A stretch of 64,000 nt of DNA from Saprospiraceae bacterium (GTDB taxonomy: Bacteria; Bacteroidota; Bacteroidia; Chitinophagales; Saprospiraceae), in assembly GCA_049316985.1 (NCBI GenBank), contig JBMOJB010000003.1, forward strand, positions 4,093 through 68,092. Direction: 5' to 3'. The notes under the pieces are model-generated. The model ran no database searches and was not told the origin of the DNA. It saw only the letters and a list, made by a program, of their open reading frames with translations. Shown here piece by piece: positions 1-9,069 of this stretch (the first letter of the stretch is position 1; the number at the start of each line of letters is the position of its first letter). Position numbers and translations under genes: made by a program.

Positions 1-741
1 AATTGGTGCCAAATCCATATTGGCAAGTTTTCGCAAATGGTCGGCCTGAGGTCCGCAAGCGTTAATGAACAGTTTCGCTGAAATTTCAATCCGCCCACCC
101 TTTAACAGATCTTCTGCAAAAAGTCCTACAATTTTGCCATCAAGGTCTTTGATGAATTCAATTACCTTGAGGTGATTAATGGCGATCGCACCTTTTTCTG
201 ATGCAGTTTGCACCAGACTTAAACCGTATCTGGCATCATCAAATTGCCCGTCGTAATACACTACTGAACTTTGAATTTTTCTGTTCAGTCCCGGGATTTT
301 CGCTAAGGTATACTTTTGGTTAAGCCATCTGCTTTTGGGTAAAAAGTCAGTTCCAGAAATCAAATCATACAAGCTAAGTCCAATCTTGTAATAAATTGCT
401 TCGAACCAGGAAAAACAAGGCGTCAGGATTTCGATGGGATGGGCCAGGTGTGGAGCATTTCGAAGTAAAATTGCTCGTTCTTTCAGTCCGTGACGTACTT
501 GCTTTAATGAGGCCAAATCAAATTTGCGAAATGCTTGTTCGAGATAGCGAACGCCACCATGAATCAGTTTAGTAGAACGGGAGGAAGTCTCAGCGCAAAA
601 ATCATTGCTTTCGATCAATAGGGTAGTGAAGCCACGACTTTGAGCATCAAGTGCACATCCTGCGCCACTCGCACCTCCACCAATGATGCAAATATCAAAG
701 TGAATCTTCCTGGCTTGAAGTAAATTATACTCCCTGTTCAT
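1..741 (-). CDS. glpD: FAD-dependent glycerol-3-phosphate dehydrogenase, N-terminal part (3' end cut by the window edge)
   Basis: My own reverse-strand translation from ATG (739-741) gives MNREYNLLQARKIHFDICIIGGGASGAGCALDAQSRGF...ETSSRSTKLIHGGVRYLEQ. It shows a GxGxxG FAD fold plus the SRSTKLIHGGxRYL block typical of GlpD. It is absent from the ORF track because it runs off the window. Confidence 0.8.
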   Translation of the reverse strand, partial: MNREYNLLQARKIHFDICIIGGGASGAGCALDAQSRGFTTLLIESNDFCAETSSRSTKLIHGGVRYLEQAFRKFDLASLKQVRHGLKERAILLRNAPHLAHPIEILTPCFSWFEAIYYKIGLSLYDLISGTDFLPKSRWLNQKYTLAKIPGLNRKIQSSVVYYDGQFDDARYGLSLVQTASEKGAIAINHLKVIEFIKDLDGKIVGLFAEDLLKGGRIEISAKLFINACGPQADHLRKLANMDLAPI

Positions 742-768
742 TTTAAATTATTTTCCTACTAAAAAAAA

Positions 769-794
769 TCCCCGGTTCGTTTACCAACCGGGGA
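769..794 (-). terminator. Intrinsic terminator of the 803..2833 gene
   Basis: The stem tccccggtt / aaccgggga has an 8-nt loop. The A-run at 761-768 becomes a T-run after the stem on the minus strand. Confidence 0.6.
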
Positions 795-802
795 TTATAA
801 TT

Positions 803-2833
803 TTAATGCGCGACCATTAATTTTCGGGTTAGCATCTTATTGCCGATTTGAATTTGCATTAGATACATTCCATCAGGTAGATCAGCTGTGTCAAAACTCA
901 ATTGTTGACTACCTTCCTGAATTCCGTAATCCTGCATATTGATTCTTTTGCCACTCAGATCGACCAGACTCACGATAACCGAAGAAGCTGCGGTAATGTT
1001 CAAGTCAATATTTGTAGAAAGATCAGCTGGATTTGGAGAAATTGAACGGAAAAAAGGATGCTCCACAACTTCCTCAGCAGCCAAAAGAAAATTCGAAGCT
1101 TTATCGACAACCACGTTATCTACCACGCCATCCGTACCAATCAATGCGGTGATCACCTCAAGCTTGTTCATCTGAAAGGTAGCCGGCACTTCATAGGTAA
1201 TGGGTGTACCATCAAAAACGACCCCTGCAGACATCGTGCTAAAGCTTTTGGTCTGTCCGCTGAAACCATTTAATAATGCTCTTGCAACATTTCTGTAATA
1301 CATTCTATTGGCTGGAACCGGATTGGGCATTTTTTCAAAACCACCCATTACACCTGCTCGGCCTCCTGCATAAGCATTTGCCTGGTTATACGCAGCTGTT
1401 GTTCCCCGGATACTGTCTTCTGCAAGGATGACAACCAATTTGTATGCTCCTTTACTTGCACTTGCATTGAAGGTCGCCTTCGGATTGATTACTAAGGTTC
1501 TTGCTGAGGAGCCTAATTTCACGCTGGTTTCAATTTTTGCTGATACCGGTCTGGATATGGATCTTAAAAAAACCGATTCTATTTCACTTGGGTCTTGCTT
1601 TTCATTGCGATTCACAACAGAATGAGGAAAACCGGGGATATTAAGACCACCAACATAAGAATTCATTCTCATCGGGTCGTTCTGATCACCATGTACAGCG
1701 ACACCTACAAAATAATCGTTGTAATCGTCCTCCATTTTTTGCATACTAACATGACCTCGTGGGCACCAAACACACCATGTGCCTGTTGCCTGTTCACCAA
1801 AGACCTTTTTGCCGGGAGTGGGAACATAAACACTTACGGCTCTTTCCTGGGTATTGTTGCCGGCAACTGCATCTGTCTGCTCATTTACTTTTTTGATAGT
1901 AATGCGCACATTATTAGCCCCCACCTGTGCCAGGTAATTTTGATCCAGTTGAAAAGCTTTATTAGTCAACGATTTAATATTCAGATTATCTAAGATTTGG
2001 GTATTGGTTTTCAAGCCATCGCTCCATTCCAATTCTATTTTTTGAATGGTCTGCTTGCCAAGATTTCTGAATTGGGCACTGACTACGCTGGTTCTACCAG
2101 CCAGAATATCAGATTTCATCTGGATTGGCGATATTGAAGCATCTAATTCATTCAATTCATCTTTTTTGAAAGTATAACTAATATCATCTAAATAAAATGA
2201 CGACTGGTTTTCGATACTCTGTGGGTTAATATTGAATGCATATAATGTATTATTTTCGAAAGTATTTATCGCAAATAACTTGTCGTTGTAGGAGAACGAC
2301 CACTCATTTGAGGTTAAATTTGCTCTTACGGAGAACTTGATCCACGAATTTTGCGCATATCTGGTATAACCAGTCGTTTGGTTGTCTTCATCTACAATTC
2401 GCAAAAAATTATTGTTGTCGAAATAGACTTGACAGGCAATCGCATCTGTAACCGGGTTCAATGCCTGGAAATTAAAGTAGGCGCCTTGTTGTGTTGGAAT
2501 ATACAGCCAAACAGAAAAATCCATCGTTCCATGATCTTCTGTCGTACCATTTTGAAAAAGTGGCATATATACATTTTGAGGTCCTCCTCCTGATATATTT
2601 GAGAACAAATAGATGGAGTTTTTGCCGGCATGTGCTTTTACATTGCTGACTTTAACATCGGTGGGCGTGGCAGGGTCATCAAAAACAACTTTCCAGCGAG
2701 CGGGATTTACTACACCTAAAAATTCTTCATTGTTGTAGGATTCAAAATTTTCAGTTACAGAATAGGTAGTGGTTTGTGAATAAGATAAGATTCCAGACAA
2801 ACAAAACGTTAGGATAAATATAGATTTTTTCAT
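803..2833 (-). CDS. Secreted T9SS cargo protein with a thioredoxin-like WCxWCP motif
   Basis: 676-aa ORF with an N-terminal signal peptide (MKKSIFILTFCLSGILSYSQ). It carries the motif GEQATGTWCVWCPRGH. The C-terminus (SPNPADL...GMYLMQIQIGNKMLTRKLMV) looks like a type-A T9SS sorting domain. From memory it may be Omp28-related; this is unverified. Confidence 0.75.
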   Translation of the reverse strand: MKKSIFILTFCLSGILSYSQTTTYSVTENFESYNNEEFLGVVNPARWKVVFDDPATPTDVKVSNVKAHAGKNSIYLFSNISGGGPQNVYMPLFQNGTTEDHGTMDFSVWLYIPTQQGAYFNFQALNPVTDAIACQVYFDNNNFLRIVDEDNQTTGYTRYAQNSWIKFSVRANLTSNEWSFSYNDKLFAINTFENNTLYAFNINPQSIENQSSFYLDDISYTFKKDELNELDASISPIQMKSDILAGRTSVVSAQFRNLGKQTIQKIELEWSDGLKTNTQILDNLNIKSLTNKAFQLDQNYLAQVGANNVRITIKKVNEQTDAVAGNNTQERAVSVYVPTPGKKVFGEQATGTWCVWCPRGHVSMQKMEDDYNDYFVGVAVHGDQNDPMRMNSYVGGLNIPGFPHSVVNRNEKQDPSEIESVFLRSISRPVSAKIETSVKLGSSARTLVINPKATFNASASKGAYKLVVILAEDSIRGTTAAYNQANAYAGGRAGVMGGFEKMPNPVPANRMYYRNVARALLNGFSGQTKSFSTMSAGVVFDGTPITYEVPATFQMNKLEVITALIGTDGVVDNVVVDKASNFLLAAEEVVEHPFFRSISPNPADLSTNIDLNITAASSVIVSLVDLSGKRINMQDYGIQEGSQQLSFDTADLPDGMYLMQIQIGNKMLTRKLMVAH

Positions 2834-2867
2834 TGAAGGTTTTAAAAATAGTGAATAGTAATAGATG

Positions 2868-2875
2868 CAAAAATA
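2868..2875 (-). promoter_or_regulatory. Bacteroidota -7 box TATTTTTG (TAnnTTTG) for the 803..2833 gene
   Basis: Exact TAnnTTTG on the minus strand, 35 nt upstream of the start at 2833. Confidence 0.45.
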
Positions 2876-3070
2876 ATACCTATTGAAATAATATTCTACA
2901 TCTGCAAGATAATAAACTTGATAATTAACTATAATTGTGAAATTTCAAAAGTATATTCTTTGAAAATTCAACGAATATGTTACTATTAAATAATGCTTTT
3001 TGTGGAACTGAATGGAATGTCTTCTCAATACTTCAAATTGCTTATTCAATTTCTGCAATTTATTTAAAAG

Positions 3071-5584
3071 TTATAGTTTGATTACTTTTTTAATCGCTAC
3101 TTGTTCATTGTTTTGCAATAATTTTATCCAATAAATGCCAGTGGGCAATTGGCTGATATCAATTTTGAAAACGGCATCTGCAAGAATATTAGTTTCCTGC
3201 CAGACTTCCTTTCCTTGAAAATCATAGAGTATTACAGCAGCTGATTCTTTCAATTTTGATGAAATATGCAATTGCAAATGGTCATGTGCGGGATTGGGAA
3301 AAACCTCAAGTTGAGATTTAGCACAACTAATTGGCACTGCAATAATTTTTGAGTATTCATGCCTTCCGTCCTTGTCCATTTGCTTCAGCCGATAATAAAC
3401 TTGATTGGCTGCGCAGTTGATGGATTGATCAGTAACACTATAGCGATATTTATAGTTGGTCGTACCCTTTCCTTCAATAAAGAAAAGCTTATCAAAGTGT
3501 AAGCCATCGTAACTTCTTTCTAAGTCGAAGCCCTTATTGTTGTATTCATTGTAGGTTTGCCATTCTATATTAACTGTTTTGTCCTTGAAATTGGCATAAA
3601 AACTTAATAATTCCAGAGGCAATGACCCGATAAAAACAACTCCATAATCCTCTACCTGTCCGTTGATTGGATCATAACAAGGAGAAGTGATGTCGCTGGG
3701 TGCGCTTGCCATAACGCGTAATCGCAGCAAAGTATTTAAAGTCGGATTTGCCGATGTCGTAACGGTTCCCAACGTATAGTTTCCCGGTGGATTGATGCTA
3801 CTTACTGTCCTGAGGGTTTCATAGGGATCATTGAGGATGCCGTTGTTGTTGTAGTCCAAATAGATTTTTGCTCCCATATTCGAAAATCCTGCGGCGCTGG
3901 TATACAAATATACCGGATAAACAGTGGAAGGAGATAAAAATGCATTGCTCGTACAGATATTGTCGATGTATTCACTGCCATCAGCTGTCGCCGTTCCTGA
4001 AGATTTTGATAAAGGTCCAAATTCAAAATAGCTGATCCCCGCATTAGCAGGCGCTGTATTTCCAATCGGACAACTTGGTGAAGGTTGACTAAACACATTT
4101 ACGTTTTGTGTGCTGGAATTTGAACCAATTCCATTTTCAGCTAAAAGAGAAATAGTCTTTAACCCGGCGCTGTTGTAATTTAGTGTTACATTTCTCGAAT
4201 TAATGGTAGGACTAATAGAAGCTCCGTTGGCTGTCCAGGTCCAGGTCGTAGGGCCATTAGTTGAATTGTCTTTGACGGTTATGCCAAAATTGGTGCAATT
4301 GATGTCAGTCAATAATCTAATTGAAGTAGCGGGTGCTTGCGTGGCACCGCAGGAAGACAAACAAGGCAACAAAGTTGAAAAAGAATTAATCGCTGCCACT
4401 GAAGCCGCGGACCATACTGTACTATTGTTGACAACCGGACTCATGATGAAATTGCTCGCGGCGTCATGATTGCAATTGAATGCGTGTCCAATCTCATGAG
4501 CAGCCAATACACGAAGTCCAAAACCAGTTCCATTAATTACGGTGCCTAGATAATCCTCTAAAATATGGTATTTATATGAGCCGCAAACCGACCCAACATA
4601 GGACAGTCCTGCCAGACTTTGATTCAACCCTGCTCCATTTTCATCAAGGTTTCTGCAAGTCCAGAATGTCGCCAAATCAAAATTTACGCCAAAATTGCCT
4701 GCATTGCCCCAGCTTCTGAAATTGCTGAGTATGGTATTGCTGTTGGTACCACCATAAACTGGACTTAATGGTTCGGTTGCAGTTGCTGTGGATTGGTATT
4801 GTTTGACAATTTTAAACTCGATATTATCTGCAAATTGATCATTGTTTCGATAGTCTGTATTTACGCTGTTGATAACGCCAATATTATGGTTCTCTACTGC
4901 TGTTGCGGATCCATATCGTGTTAGCATACTCAAATCTGAAGCGATCGCCAGTTCCACTTGCCTGCAAATTGATCCGGTTCGATCATCCGCATTCAACTTC
5001 AGTTCTTCTTTTATTTTGTTAAAATCTTTTACTCCGCATTTAGCTGACTTGTCTAAATTAACATCTTGAACATCGTAAATAACATATGCATCTGCGGAAA
5101 GGGATCGATCGTAGTAATTGGCGGGTTCAATAAAGAAAGTCAAATTTGGATTAACTTGAAAATAGCCAAAGATAAATCCATCTCTGATTGTTAGACTTAC
5201 TGTACTTTTTGGTTCTCCCAATATATACCCCTCGTAAGTAAAGCAGGATGCTTTAGGGTAAATAATATTACCTGATTCGCTACTTACTTCAAAATTGTAT
5301 TTGTGGGAAAGAATATCATTTTCCTGTAGAATAAAGTCGAATTTAGGTAAGTTCTCCCATCCCATCCTATACCGCCTGCCAAGTTGTTCTGAATTTTGTA
5401 AAGCCATTGACCACATTCTCGAATCAATTTGTACAATTTGCTTTTTACTAAAGACTGGGTCGAATAAGGTATTATTATTGATTTGCGTCAAATTGAGCGC
5501 TGAACAAGGAATAAGTATTGGCCGCTCCTGAGCTGCAGCAAAAAAGCTACAAAGCAAAAATATTGATGGAAGTACCAGTCTCAT
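3071..5584 (-). CDS. Secreted zinc metalloprotease (metzincin/reprolysin-like) with PKD-like and GEVED-like modules and a T9SS C-terminal domain
   Basis: 837-aa ORF with a signal peptide. Catalytic motif HEIGHAFNCNHD (HExxHxxxxxHD). PKD-like stretch ITVKDNSTNGPTTWTW...LKTISL. GQVEDYGV motif. C-terminal FPNPAHDHLQL...GIYWIKL resembles a T9SS CTD. Confidence 0.85.
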   Translation of the reverse strand: MRLVLPSIFLLCSFFAAAQERPILIPCSALNLTQINNNTLFDPVFSKKQIVQIDSRMWSMALQNSEQLGRRYRMGWENLPKFDFILQENDILSHKYNFEVSSESGNIIYPKASCFTYEGYILGEPKSTVSLTIRDGFIFGYFQVNPNLTFFIEPANYYDRSLSADAYVIYDVQDVNLDKSAKCGVKDFNKIKEELKLNADDRTGSICRQVELAIASDLSMLTRYGSATAVENHNIGVINSVNTDYRNNDQFADNIEFKIVKQYQSTATATEPLSPVYGGTNSNTILSNFRSWGNAGNFGVNFDLATFWTCRNLDENGAGLNQSLAGLSYVGSVCGSYKYHILEDYLGTVINGTGFGLRVLAAHEIGHAFNCNHDAASNFIMSPVVNNSTVWSAASVAAINSFSTLLPCLSSCGATQAPATSIRLLTDINCTNFGITVKDNSTNGPTTWTWTANGASISPTINSRNVTLNYNSAGLKTISLLAENGIGSNSSTQNVNVFSQPSPSCPIGNTAPANAGISYFEFGPLSKSSGTATADGSEYIDNICTSNAFLSPSTVYPVYLYTSAAGFSNMGAKIYLDYNNNGILNDPYETLRTVSSINPPGNYTLGTVTTSANPTLNTLLRLRVMASAPSDITSPCYDPINGQVEDYGVVFIGSLPLELLSFYANFKDKTVNIEWQTYNEYNNKGFDLERSYDGLHFDKLFFIEGKGTTNYKYRYSVTDQSINCAANQVYYRLKQMDKDGRHEYSKIIAVPISCAKSQLEVFPNPAHDHLQLHISSKLKESAAVILYDFQGKEVWQETNILADAVFKIDISQLPTGIYWIKLLQNNEQVAIKKVIKL

Positions 5585-5718
5585 ATTGAATGTTTAGCGG
5601 GATAGAACAATTCTTATGTAAAAATATCCACTTTTCTTAATAAAGCAAAATGAATTGAAGAAAGATATCGTATGTAGGGAGGAAACACTATTATTTGCCT
5701 AAATATAAGCGCTTTAAG

Positions 5719-5931
5719 TTAAGATTCGGGTGTTTTTTCAATGGGAGGATTTATCTTTTTAATTCTTTTCATCAACAGATAAAGACAAAGTAGTCCCCAG
5801 GTGATGAATATGGGAATGAAAGGAATAACTTTTACGTCAAAACTTGCAAAAATTTCAGGTATTGCATATGCACCGAAGAGATACAGAAACAGGTAAAATA
5901 AAATCGCCAGTACTATTTTTATTAATTTCAT
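5719..5931 (-). CDS. Possible small two-helix membrane protein (uncertain)
   Basis: 70-aa ORF with two hydrophobic stretches and K-rich ends. A strong terminator hairpin lies only 5 nt upstream of its ATG, and AT-rich DNA yields such ORFs by chance. Confidence 0.35.
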   Translation of the reverse strand: MKLIKIVLAILFYLFLYLFGAYAIPEIFASFDVKVIPFIPIFITWGLLCLYLLMKRIKKINPPIEKTPES

Positions 5932-5936
5932 CGCAT

Positions 5937-5981
5937 AGAAAAAGCAAAGAGGAGCATTTTTTGAAAACCTCCTCTTTGCTT
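5937..5981 (-). terminator. Intrinsic terminator after the TPR gene
   Basis: Perfect 13-bp stem aagcaaagaggag (5942-5954) / ctcctctttgctt (5969-5981), followed by a T-run on the minus strand. Confidence 0.6.
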
Positions 5982-5994
5982 GATTTTCTTAATT

Positions 5995-7671
5995 TTATTT
6001 ATTTCCAGTTGTTGGAGTGTTAGCCTCCAGATTAGATTTTGCTGCCAAGGCGTCAACATTGGTTGGGTCCAGTCTGAGAACTTCATTGAAATAAGTGAGG
6101 GCTTTCGCGTTGTCGTTGACAAAGTGCACATTACATACCCCAAGGAAGTAATTTGATTTGATGAGTTGCGCTTTGTTTTTTACTTCATCTGCTTTTGCCA
6201 GTTCAACTACTTTTTCGTGAAATGGCAGGGCAGCACCTGTCTTTAATTCAGGATCGCCAATTTCAGCGATGTCCGCCAATTGAGTCCATGCGAATAAGTA
6301 GGTCGGAGACAAATCTTTGAGTTTGGTAAATGCCTGCTCGGCTTTCACTAAATTTCCCGATTTTCTGTAACATTGTCCAATGTAGAAATAATCGGAAGTC
6401 GTAGCTTTGGCTTTGCTCATCTTCAGTTCATACATAGCTGCTGACTTTTCCCACATTTTATTGTCGAAATACGCTTTTCCCATGGTTTCATAAACATCCG
6501 TTCTGGTGCTATCCAGTTCAAGGATATTTGAAGTCATTTGCGAAGCAGTTTCGAAATCTTTAGTTTTTAAAGCGCAGAATAAATAATTGTCATAATCGGT
6601 AATTATGGGCTTGGTAGTTCCAATATTTTGTATGAAACTTTTGGAATATTCAAGTCCTTTCTTAAAGTCTTCTGCAGCAGCGGTTGGATTTTCTTTATCT
6701 TTGGCTTTGCCTTTATAAGTATACGCCCAAGCTAACCAGCGATACATTGTATTGCTTTTTGGGTTCATCGCGAGGACATTATTGGCTTCTTTGATGGCTG
6801 CATCATAATCTTTGGCATAGTAGCACAAGTATCTGACCAAACGTTCTCTGGCTTCGACATCTTTACCTGCCAATGCAGTATATTTTTGCAAAATCGGAGC
6901 TACCTTAGAGTATTGACCTGACGCAACGTATACCTCGGTCATTTCTTTCAATGCCGGTGCATAATTGGGGTCAAGCGTAAGTGCTTCATTCAAAATAGCT
7001 TCTGCATCTTTGAAAATCTTTGCTGATTTATTTATTCTTGCTCTTTTGACATAGTTTTTAAGATCAGCTTTGTTCTTTTCAGTTGCAAATTCGTATTTGT
7101 TTAATGCAGTACCGGCATCTTTTTTGAAAAAATAAGCATCACCTAGCAAAGAAAAGAAATTTCCATCTTTGGGATTAATTGCAATTGCTTTATCCAACCA
7201 TTCGATTGCCTGTTCAGCATATTTACTGGTATTTTCTAGATATGCTTTGGCAAAATTCTGGTCTAAATATGCTTTGCCTACTTGATACATGATGTACGCA
7301 TTTTTATTGCGTGTCCATTTGGCTGCCTTTTCAAAATTCTTGAGTGCTTCTGCCGGTTTGTTTTGATCCAGCAACAGTTTACCTTGCCCGATCAGACAAA
7401 GTGCCGCATCAGGATTTGCAGTAAGACCTTTTGTGTAATAAAGCTGTGCAGAATCGGACTTTTCGTTTTCATAATAAGTCTCTCCCATGAAAAAATGTCC
7501 TTCTGAAGATTTCGGATCTTTCGAAATCAATTGCAGACACATTTTTCTGGCAGAAATATAATCTTCCTTTTCAATAGCTTTAGAAATTTCATCGGCAGAC
7601 TGAGCGCTGACGAAAAAACTCATTCCTAGCATATAAAGCGCGAAATAGCTTCTTAATTTATTTGTTGTCAT
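5995..7671 (-). CDS. Tetratricopeptide-repeat (TPR) protein, secreted or periplasmic
   Basis: 558-aa ORF with a signal peptide (FFVSAQS). It has many 34-residue A/Y/L-patterned repeats (e.g. GDAYFFKKDAGTALNKYEFA, AWAYTYKGKAKD). Confidence 0.85.
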   Translation of the reverse strand: MTTNKLRSYFALYMLGMSFFVSAQSADEISKAIEKEDYISARKMCLQLISKDPKSSEGHFFMGETYYENEKSDSAQLYYTKGLTANPDAALCLIGQGKLLLDQNKPAEALKNFEKAAKWTRNKNAYIMYQVGKAYLDQNFAKAYLENTSKYAEQAIEWLDKAIAINPKDGNFFSLLGDAYFFKKDAGTALNKYEFATEKNKADLKNYVKRARINKSAKIFKDAEAILNEALTLDPNYAPALKEMTEVYVASGQYSKVAPILQKYTALAGKDVEARERLVRYLCYYAKDYDAAIKEANNVLAMNPKSNTMYRWLAWAYTYKGKAKDKENPTAAAEDFKKGLEYSKSFIQNIGTTKPIITDYDNYLFCALKTKDFETASQMTSNILELDSTRTDVYETMGKAYFDNKMWEKSAAMYELKMSKAKATTSDYFYIGQCYRKSGNLVKAEQAFTKLKDLSPTYLFAWTQLADIAEIGDPELKTGAALPFHEKVVELAKADEVKNKAQLIKSNYFLGVCNVHFVNDNAKALTYFNEVLRLDPTNVDALAAKSNLEANTPTTGNK

Positions 7672-7775
7672 GTTAAATACGTTTTTTTGTAGTTAGCAGC
7701 TTGAGTTTACACTCAATTTGTTTTCAAAATTTAGTAAAATAATGTGATGGTTTTTTGTCAGGAAAATTTAAGGTG

Positions 7776-8423
7776 TCAAAAATTATAGGAAATTCCAAAT
7801 TGTAAATCCCAGGCGCTTCTTATGTAAGTCGGTCCGTCCAATATGTTTCTATAAACTGCAATCTGAGTTTGCCATTTACCAGCTCCACTTGACCATCCTA
7901 ATCCAACATTGCAGTAAGGCTGCGATATTTTGGTGGTGTATATTTTATTGGTGTTCAAATCGATTTGTGGATCGACTTTGAACGTACTATTTTCCAGTTC
8001 GACCTGTGCAAATAAGCCACTGAATATTCTTGCTCTGGAAAAAAGTCCTACACCATAATTTAAGTTTTCGTATTTGTGCAAACCGCCGGTACTTACTGGG
8101 TCAAGCTTGTAGTAATAATAATCTCCTTTAAAAACTGCTCCAGCCGAAAGCCATCTGTTGAATTTATACGCAGCTCTCGGCGATATACTCATATTAAATT
8201 GCCCATTTCCAAATGAAGGAAAATGAAGTTCGGCGCCATACCACATTTTGTCCAGCCAAAAATTTTCCGCCTGCTTGGCAGCTTTTTCAGTTCTGGCCTT
8301 CTTCTTTTGTGCAGCTGTCATCGGTTTCTTTTTCTTTGTTTGACACATCAATACTGTAGTGCAGATAAGCATCATGCATAAAAAAGAAATCCCAATTTTT
8401 TTAAAATCCATAGTCGTTTTCAT
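7776..8423 (-). CDS. Outer-membrane beta-barrel protein
   Basis: 215-aa ORF with a signal peptide and alternating aromatic/Gly beta-strand pattern. The C-terminus ...LQFGISYNF ends in an aromatic residue, which is typical of OMPs. Confidence 0.7.
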   Translation of the reverse strand: MKTTMDFKKIGISFLCMMLICTTVLMCQTKKKKPMTAAQKKKARTEKAAKQAENFWLDKMWYGAELHFPSFGNGQFNMSISPRAAYKFNRWLSAGAVFKGDYYYYKLDPVSTGGLHKYENLNYGVGLFSRARIFSGLFAQVELENSTFKVDPQIDLNTNKIYTTKISQPYCNVGLGWSSGAGKWQTQIAVYRNILDGPTYIRSAWDLQFGISYNF

Positions 8424-8424
8424 A

Positions 8425-8997
8425 TTAATCTTTAGTTTTTTTCCAGGTTAATTGGTTAAAAAAAATATCCAGTTCTTTTTCAAACCATTGCAAGTTTTCG
8501 GGACTGTCATAATTATCCGATATTTTCTTTTTTTTCATACCATCGCAAAACGTTGTATAGGTATATGGTAAATCCGCAATAATATTGTTTCTGTTCAGCG
8601 GATAATGATCTGCAAATTTGAAAAAATCAACTTGCTTTGCTTTTTCTAAAATTTCTGCAATTTGCTCTTTTCCGACTTCAGCTTCATAAGTGCCCAGTAA
8701 TTCAACACTTCTTGACCCGACATACAGCGCCTTTCCATCTGATCGCAAAGTTGCGGTGTAAACTGGACAGTTTCCGTAACAAATCGTCCGCTCAATCTGC
8801 AACACGGTATAAACCCCTGTGTCTTTTTGCGGCTTAGGGACTATTACTTCCTTCTCCGGAATCGCGGCCTGGCTGCCTTTGGTCTTTTGAGTTGTTTTGC
8901 GATTACATGATGCTGCTAAAACGCAAAAAACACAAAAAAAATATATTAAATTTCGGCTGCAAACGTTCATACTTTTGTAATTTAGATGCAAAATCAC
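8425..8997 (-). CDS. Lipoprotein with a CYGNCPVY motif (DUF6438-like from memory)
   Basis: 190-aa ORF. The start is more likely the ATG at 8970 (MNVCSRNLIYFF...LAASC lipobox). It ends 1 nt before the next gene starts, which suggests an operon with 7776..8423. Confidence 0.65.
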   Translation of the reverse strand: MILHLNYKSMNVCSRNLIYFFCVFCVLAASCNRKTTQKTKGSQAAIPEKEVIVPKPQKDTGVYTVLQIERTICYGNCPVYTATLRSDGKALYVGSRSVELLGTYEAEVGKEQIAEILEKAKQVDFFKFADHYPLNRNNIIADLPYTYTTFCDGMKKKKISDNYDSPENLQWFEKELDIFFNQLTWKKTKD

Positions 8998-9016
8998 TTG
9001 TTTTTTTAAAAAAGAG

Positions 9017-9024
9017 CAAAATTA
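9017..9024 (-). promoter_or_regulatory. -7 box TAATTTTG for the 8425..8997 operon
   Basis: Exact TAnnTTTG on the minus strand, 20 nt from 8997 and 47 nt from 8970. Confidence 0.45.
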
Positions 9025-9069
9025 CAGAAATATCGTTGGTTTTTTAACAAAAGATTAAATTTTTAAGTC

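Noticed and set aside
5928-6143. 71-aa ORF overlapping the 3' end of the TPR gene
   Set aside because: It is an alternative frame of the TPR gene's C-terminal region and crosses the terminator hairpin.
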